In this document: positions 57,150 to 64,000 of the stretch, one piece after another | Position numbering within the stretch: position 1 is the stretch's first letter | How the letters are laid out: the number at the start of each line of letters is the position of its first letter | From: the human T2T-CHM13v2.0 reference genome, Homo sapiens | NCBI RefSeq assembly: GCF_009914755.1 | Contig: NC_060928.1 | DNA: 64,000 bases | Direction: 5' to 3' (one strand) | The notes under the pieces: generated by a model | The model's input: only the letters and a program-made list of their open reading frames with translations | Databases searched by the model: none | Told to the model about the DNA's origin: nothing | Program-made: the position numbers and the translations under genes

Positions 57150-58280
57150 CTTTCTTCCACTCTTCCAACGTCATTCTTGCTGCTGTGAGAAATGCATCCT
57201 CTAATATGACTTCATTAACTTCTCTCTCATTAACTGACAAATCTGGAATCCTCAATATTCAATTCATGATGATACTCTCTGAAGTCATCTCCATTTCACT
57301 GGCCCATTCTAGGGTCCATTATTTGAAGGCTGCCCCCAGTCTCATTTTCTATTCAAACTTAATTTTCTGAATTATCCTACTTTTTATACTTCATTCTTTG
57401 CAGTATACTCCGCTACTGTATTTATTAATCTCACTGTTCACTCCATTATTAAATCTTCCTCTGATTTCAGAACATTGCATGTTTTTCTGTTTCCCATAGT
57501 ATGACTTTGACTCAATATCCTCATGAACAGCTTTGAGGACTATCTCTCCTAGTTTATTTGGTAGACTCTTTTACAAATATATTACCCCAAAGGGCAGTTC
57601 TTAAATATACACATCTTGGCCTTATTGATCCATCCATAGATTCTGCTTACCTTCTGCTTTCCTTAACACTGAAAATCTAGAAACTTGAAGTCACCGTTGC
57701 CTTTCCTTCTGCTCTATATTAAACCACAACCTAAAATCTGTCCATCTTTCCTTCTCAATATCTCTGGATTTAGTCCTTAAGCAAACTCTTCTTACCTAAC
57801 ACCTGTTGCTATTAGCAACACTTTTTGTCTTCAAAGTGATCTCATACAATCTCTATTCCAAAAACTGAAAACAAAACAAAAAGCTGCCAATTAAACACCA
57901 CAACTGTCATGGTAAGCCCCTGCTGAAAATCATACATATTATTCTCTAACTTTGATTACAAAAAATATCAATTTTTTAGTATAATTATCAGGTTCCTTCA
58001 CGATCTAGTGCCACATTACTTGTATAATTTTATTCTACTTCTAATGCCAGTTACCTCATTCCAGTAAGTTTAGATCTTCACTATATTCTTCCTATCATGC
58101 ATTATCAACACACATACAGACATACATCTTTATTTTGCCTGCATATCTTTCTCTCTGCCTGAGTCATATGCATCCTTTGATGCCTAGCATCATATTCAAG
58201 CTCCTATTTCAAGTGTTTCTGGGTATAAATCTATTATCTGATATTGCCTGGTCATAGAAGTTGTTCAATCAACGATGAAT
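57150..58280 (+). mobile_element. Degenerate L2 fragments
   Basis: CT-rich sequence with AGAAACTTGAAGTCAC and CCCTGCTGAAAATC; terminal GTTCAATCAACGATGAAT. Confidence 0.45.
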
Positions 58281-59263
58281 TGTTCCTGGAGAAAATAACT
58301 TTCCCTCTTTCAATTATTTGTATGTTTTCTTTATAACATGTGTCATGTTAATATTTATTGTTCTCTTTTCAACTTGTATTTATATAATATTTAGCACTTT
58401 ATTATTACAGTATTAAAATAATACATAAATCTGTGTTAGTTAATTGATTTATCTATATTTCATGTCTATATTTCCATGCACATAATTTAAAAACATGAGT
58501 ATTGTAACTTTTAAAACCTTTATTCATAAGTACTTTATCTTATATACATATATATATATTTTTTCCCCTGTGGAAAGAAAAGGGCTAATTTCAGCCAGTA
58601 ATTCACCCTTTGCTACAAGGGAGACATTTGAATAGTCTTGACTAGATCTGCTTATAAACATGCAAATATGATTTGCTAGCAGGGGATGTGGAGGTTTCTT
58701 CTTAGAATGACATAACTTGTCTGTCTAGATCACTTATTATAAATAAACCTACACGTTTATGTTGCTTGGCTGGCTGGAAAATAGGGAGTAAAATGTATTC
58801 TTCTACATGTGTAACTAATGAATTATATAAAAAGGAGTTCTCAAAACAAAATAGCTTTCTTTATAAACAATGTTTCTGCATACATAGTTTAGAACTTATC
58901 TATCTGAATCCAAAAACAATCTATAATATGGGAGAAATGATGTGTTTTGAAAACTATGTTTGATGGATTGACACTTCACCTGAAATTGTTACAACTGTAC
59001 TTGATTCTGTCTTGTGTCCTCGAAGTCATTAGTAAAGTTTGACGTTGTATAACATATATAATTTTCAAAAATCAGCGTGGCAACTCAACCCTTTGTATTT
59101 ACACACAACCTCACTGTGCCTAGCATAGTTTTGGTATACAGAATAAATTCAGAGACATTTCATTATTGATAGCTTATAATCTGATATAAAAGTAGAGCAT
59201 TGACTTTTGTTCTCAATATTCCCTGCAATATATATTTATATATGTACAGATGTGTAACACCTA

Positions 59264-59611
<348 letters not shown>

Positions 59612-61718
59612 TTATAGTATTCTGCACGTAATCGATGGCACAGTTTTCAAACTGGGTGATGTTTTATACCCTGATATGTCATATGTGAGATAAACATATT
59701 TACTATGGTTAAAATTTTATAAATACCAAAATGTCTAACCTTAGCATTATTTCTAAAATAAGTAATTTATATTTAGTACACACTAGTCGAAGCTCACTGT
59801 TTTTCTGTGGTACTTGTTTTAGTGTGTGAGAAGTTTTTGCTCTCCCTTTTTCTCATACTTTTTAATAGAAAGTTCCAAAACCTGGGATTCTAGGAATTTT
59901 ATGTCATTTTGGTTCAATACTATTCCGGATTCTAATATAATGGTCTGAAGTTTGATGCTGTTTGAAGAAGCTGGGGTTCATCTTGTGTGATGCTTTGAAA
60001 ATGAGAAGAAAGCCCTTTCTTATATTTGAAAGTGTCCTGGCAATGAGCAAAGGGTAAAGAAAATCACTGCAGAATGCTGTTTGCTCAATTCAAAAGCCAG
60101 TCTGCTTTATGGGCCATTTTTATTCTTTGACTGGCTTCCCTGGAGAGATTCAAATAAAGAGGTTTGAAATATACCAGGTTGAAAGGCTGAATATGTCAAG
60201 AGTATGGATCACTGAAGCAAGATCTTCATCTTGCAGCTTAATTTTCTGGCTGGAGCACTTTACAAATGAACGAAGACATTCACGGTTACTGCCGATGCCT
60301 CAGACTCCAGGAACATCAATGAGTCTCTAAGGGGCTCAAAATATTTCACCACATTGAACATCAATGGGGAAGCCTCTTTTTAGCAGAACAGATGTTACAA
60401 ACTTTACCAAAATTATGAATTCCTCCTATCAATAGTATACTTTTTTTTTTTTACATCTACAGCATGCGCTAAGGCAAGCAAGTTGTAAATGCATTTTCTT
60501 GAACATTTTATGCGACAGAGAAACCAGCAGTTTTAGAGCACAAAATACACTTTAAAATTGGCAATATTGAGCTGTGTATCCTTTGAATACTTCTATATTT
60601 TTTAATGTTATTCATTTTCCTGTGACCTCTTGAGCAGAAAGCACAAGAGCTGAACTCTGTGGAGCTTAGCATTTGAATTGATTCAGTAAGTATAAACTAT
60701 AGTTATTTGTAGAGATCCAAAGTACTTTTTATTCAGAATTTATTGATGAGTAATAAATGCACTTTCCAACTCCACCAGCATGACTCTGGAATGGAGTAGA
60801 TAATTAGAAGTTCAATGTAGGAAATTTAAAAGTCTTAGATTCACAGGAGAATTTAATCTCTCCTACACCAAAAACATTATTGCTCTGGAAAAGATGTAGG
60901 GCATTGGGAGTTTGACAGAAGGGTGGGTTCGAAGGACAGTTCCCCCAACCCACATACTAGAATGATGTCCTATTTACAAAGAAATCACCAGGCTTTGTAA
61001 TGTAATTTACCAGGCTTTGCCTGACAAGGCCCCTTTGAATTGTAAAAATTGGTTTAAATAAATCCATAAAAATAAATATAACCCCAAAGACAGAGACCTT
61101 AGAATGGATGATGAACCACCAAAGATGAGAAACTGTACACAGATATAATTTTGATAGAAGTATCACAAAATAATTTATGAGAGTCAAAGAGTAAGTCATC
61201 TAAAGAAATGAACACGACCACACAGCAAGCTCTTTGTGAGCTCAGATATGAAAATGACATGGGAAAATGTAGGAAAAGAGACCCAAAGCAAAAGATGAAT
61301 CTTTAAACATTAAACAACGTCTAATAATGATGGCAGGAAGACTAAAGGTAAAACATGCGGTGACAACAGCAAGACAGGAAATGGTTAGAAGAAAAAGCAT
61401 AAGAAAGGATGAGTCTGCTCATGTGAGGTCAATGTCAAATGTTGACGAGGACAAAATAAGAAAGTAGAAGCCATTCATATTTTTCTACTTTATGAATGAT
61501 CATTTCATTTATATATTTAGATATATATTTACATATTTTATTTTTTATTGTACACACACTATATACTAGACAAGATACAGAGTTCTATCTGGGAAGGAAA
61601 ATGTTCACCCAACTGAAAAAATAGAACAAACATAAATAAAATAACTACATTTTAACTTTAATGACTAAAAAGCACATAACAACTTTTCAAGATTATCATT
61701 TTTTTACATTATTATTAA

Positions 61719-61857
61719 CTTTTTTTTTTTTTTTTTTTTACTCTAAGTTCTGGGATACATGTGCAGAACATGCAGGTTTGTTACGTAGGTATACACATGC
61801 CATCGTGGTTTGCTGCACCCATCAACCTGTCATCTACATTAGGTATTTCTCCTAATG
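61719..61857 (-). mobile_element. Short L1PA7/8-like 3' end
   Basis: T-tract followed by CTCTAAGTTCTGGGATACATGTGCAGAACATGCAGG. Confidence 0.85.
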
Positions 61858-62369
61858 ATATTTACAGCTAATATTTATTTAGCATATCCAAGATCTCAAA
61901 TGTTACCTTTAATCTTCATTCCAAATTATAATCCAAAGTTGACAAATGAGAAAAGCTGAGCTAAATTAAATTTCTAAAGGGACTTAAATTAAATTTCTAG
62001 AATTTACATTTTCTTTAAAGCAAGAATCTAACAACTCCTTTTTTATTTTCGGGGGCTCCTCCGATCTGCTGCTTTTTTATTTTTATTTATTTATTTATTT
62101 TTTTGAGGCTTTCCTGTCACTATGGAAATATCAAGGCCCTTTTGGCAGCTGGAATGCAGACAGATCCAGCACAACCAAGTCACTTTTCCCACATGGAGAT
62201 TCTGCAGAGTCTTCAGCAGAGACGCAAATTTGCAGATTTGGGTAATAAAGATCATAGCCTTAAACAAGACTTCCCTGATGTCTACCTTCTGCCCTGTACT
62301 TTTCACTTTTGTATCACACCATTTTTTAAATCACTTTAATGAAAAGTATTTGAACATTTTTTTTGTGTG

Positions 62370-62515
62370 TTTACTACATACAACTCTATAATGGAATCTC
62401 TATGACAAGAAGAGCTTTGTTTGTCTTTTTCTATGCTGTTTACCCAGTACCAAGAATAATGCCTATTATCTAGTGGCACTCCATATATATTTAGTGAATA
62501 TATTTATGAATTATG
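62370..62515 (+). mobile_element. L2 3' end
   Basis: CTGTTTACCCAGTACCAAGAATAATGCC...TAGTGGCACTCCATATATATTTAGTGAAT. Confidence 0.55.
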
Positions 62516-62679
62516 AGAGAAAAGGCCATATTAAGAACTCCTTATTTGTATAAAAATAGTAAATTAAAAGCAACACCACAATCATGGAGAAATGTAAGAT
62601 TACTGTCACCATAAAATTATTGAAAGATGCAGAAATGCTCATTCTAGCTGCAAAATATATTTTCTCTACAGTGGTTGAT

Positions 62680-63620
62680 GAAATTTTTTTAAAAAATAAG
62701 TTGGATGTTACAGAAATAATTTTTGGCTTCTTATAGGGCCGCAGTGGAGAATGGGATACCAGAGGACCAGGTGACCTAAGCTGTCTCACTTGAATAAGGT
62801 ATATCTGATATATCTAGCCAAAAGGTTGGGCTTGCCCAAAAAACTTTCATCATCATATATGGACAGGAGTAGTTTCGAGCAGATACTAAAGGTACAAATA
62901 AAGTAAGATTCAACTTCATTCACACTCCCTATCTATCTATATCCTGCCACACTGTAGCCCCTCTTCAGGACATAAATATGACCTCACACTCCCTATCTAT
63001 CTATCTATATCCTGCCTCACTGTAGCCCCTCTTCAGGCCATAAATATGACCAGCCCAAATAAGAGGAAATAATTTAAGCTTGGCTTCCCAATGGCTCTGC
63101 ATAATATGCTGTCACCAGCTATAAATGAAATGCAGCATGACATTTCTTTTAGGACTTTCTCTTGAAGAAAGAGAGTCAATCTCCTGCATGGCCATTTTGT
63201 CCACTTAAGGATGTATGGCTTTGTTCACTTATAAGGATGGATGTCTTAACATAGAGATATATTATGGTTTATGCTTGATGTCTAAGGTTTTGAGATGATG
63301 GTGTAAGTGGTCAGGGACTTAGAAGACTGAAATTAGACATTTGGTGACAAAGAAATTTTAGAAAGAAGTTTGAAACTGGATTCCATGAATGATCCTTGCT
63401 CCTGGCCATCATACCTATGCTAGCAACACCATCCTGGGAACACTAAATGCCTGATACACCACATATTCTCCAACACAAAAAAATATAATTATCTAGAAAA
63501 AATAAGTAAAGCAGAAAACTGATGCCTTAAGGAATTTGGGGTCTCATAATATACTGTGTATCATCCAGAGAGCTAGTATTATAGACTACTGAAATGACTT
63601 ATTCATTGGTTAAAAATACA
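62680..63620 (+). mobile_element. Very old ERVL pol remnant
   Basis: TTGGTGACAAAGAAATTT and ATGGCTCTGCATAATATGC are homologous to HERV-L RNase H at 48380-48660 in this window. Confidence 0.6.
62920..63051. repeat. Young tandem duplication (64 bp + 68 bp)
   Basis: TCACACTCCCTATCTATC...CATAAATATGACC twice; 2 substitutions and one extra CTAT. Confidence 0.95.
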
Positions 63621-64000
63621 TTTTAGATTGCATAGAAATATTTCTGTTCATAGTTACTTGAGTGTGATTATCAATAGTATACTCTTTCACTCATAAAACA
63701 TAGTTATTTGGATGGCACATTATATCTAGCAAACCTATGTTTAGATGAACCTAGGAGACAACATTTTATATTACTCTGTAGAGTGGTACGTTTTACTGGA
63801 AGTCTACTGTGAACTCTTGCAGGCAAGAAAGGCCTATATAATGGCTTATTCTTTACTATTAAGATGCGGCTTGTTTTACTAGAGAAAGATGATCAACAAT
63901 GTACTGCTAACAAATAAACAGGACATGTAATAAGCAACATCAAAATGAGAGAAAGGAAAGAGACAGAGAAAATGAGAGATATTTATTATGAGAAATTGGC

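Overview
AT-rich primate (human-like) genomic DNA made up mostly of retroelements. I see no host protein-coding exon, RNA gene or prokaryotic feature. The ORF track is explained by L1 ORF1/ORF2/ORF0, HERV-L gag/pol, THE1 and Alu sequence, or by chance ORFs. Main elements: an ancient LTR16/ERV3-16-type provirus (1.8-5.5 kb); a heavily deleted L1PA15/16 with a micro-inversion (7.7-9.7 kb); a full-length L1PA4-like element with 14-bp TSDs (14560-20674, minus); a THE1 cluster (30.8-33.9 kb); and a two-LTR HERV-L/MLT2A1 provirus (44.9-51.6 kb). The HERV-L is the most unusual locus. A twin-primed L1PA3 replaced much of gag-pro and made an in-frame L1-ORF2/HERV-L-RT chimeric ORF. A 410-bp segment spanning that junction was later copied in inverted orientation 715 bp downstream (3 mismatches), and a THE1A LTR sits in the dUTPase. 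Subfamily calls come from remembered consensus sequences, not from a search. I found no convincing new biological system; the findings are rearrangement scars and candidate regulatory or polymorphic structures.
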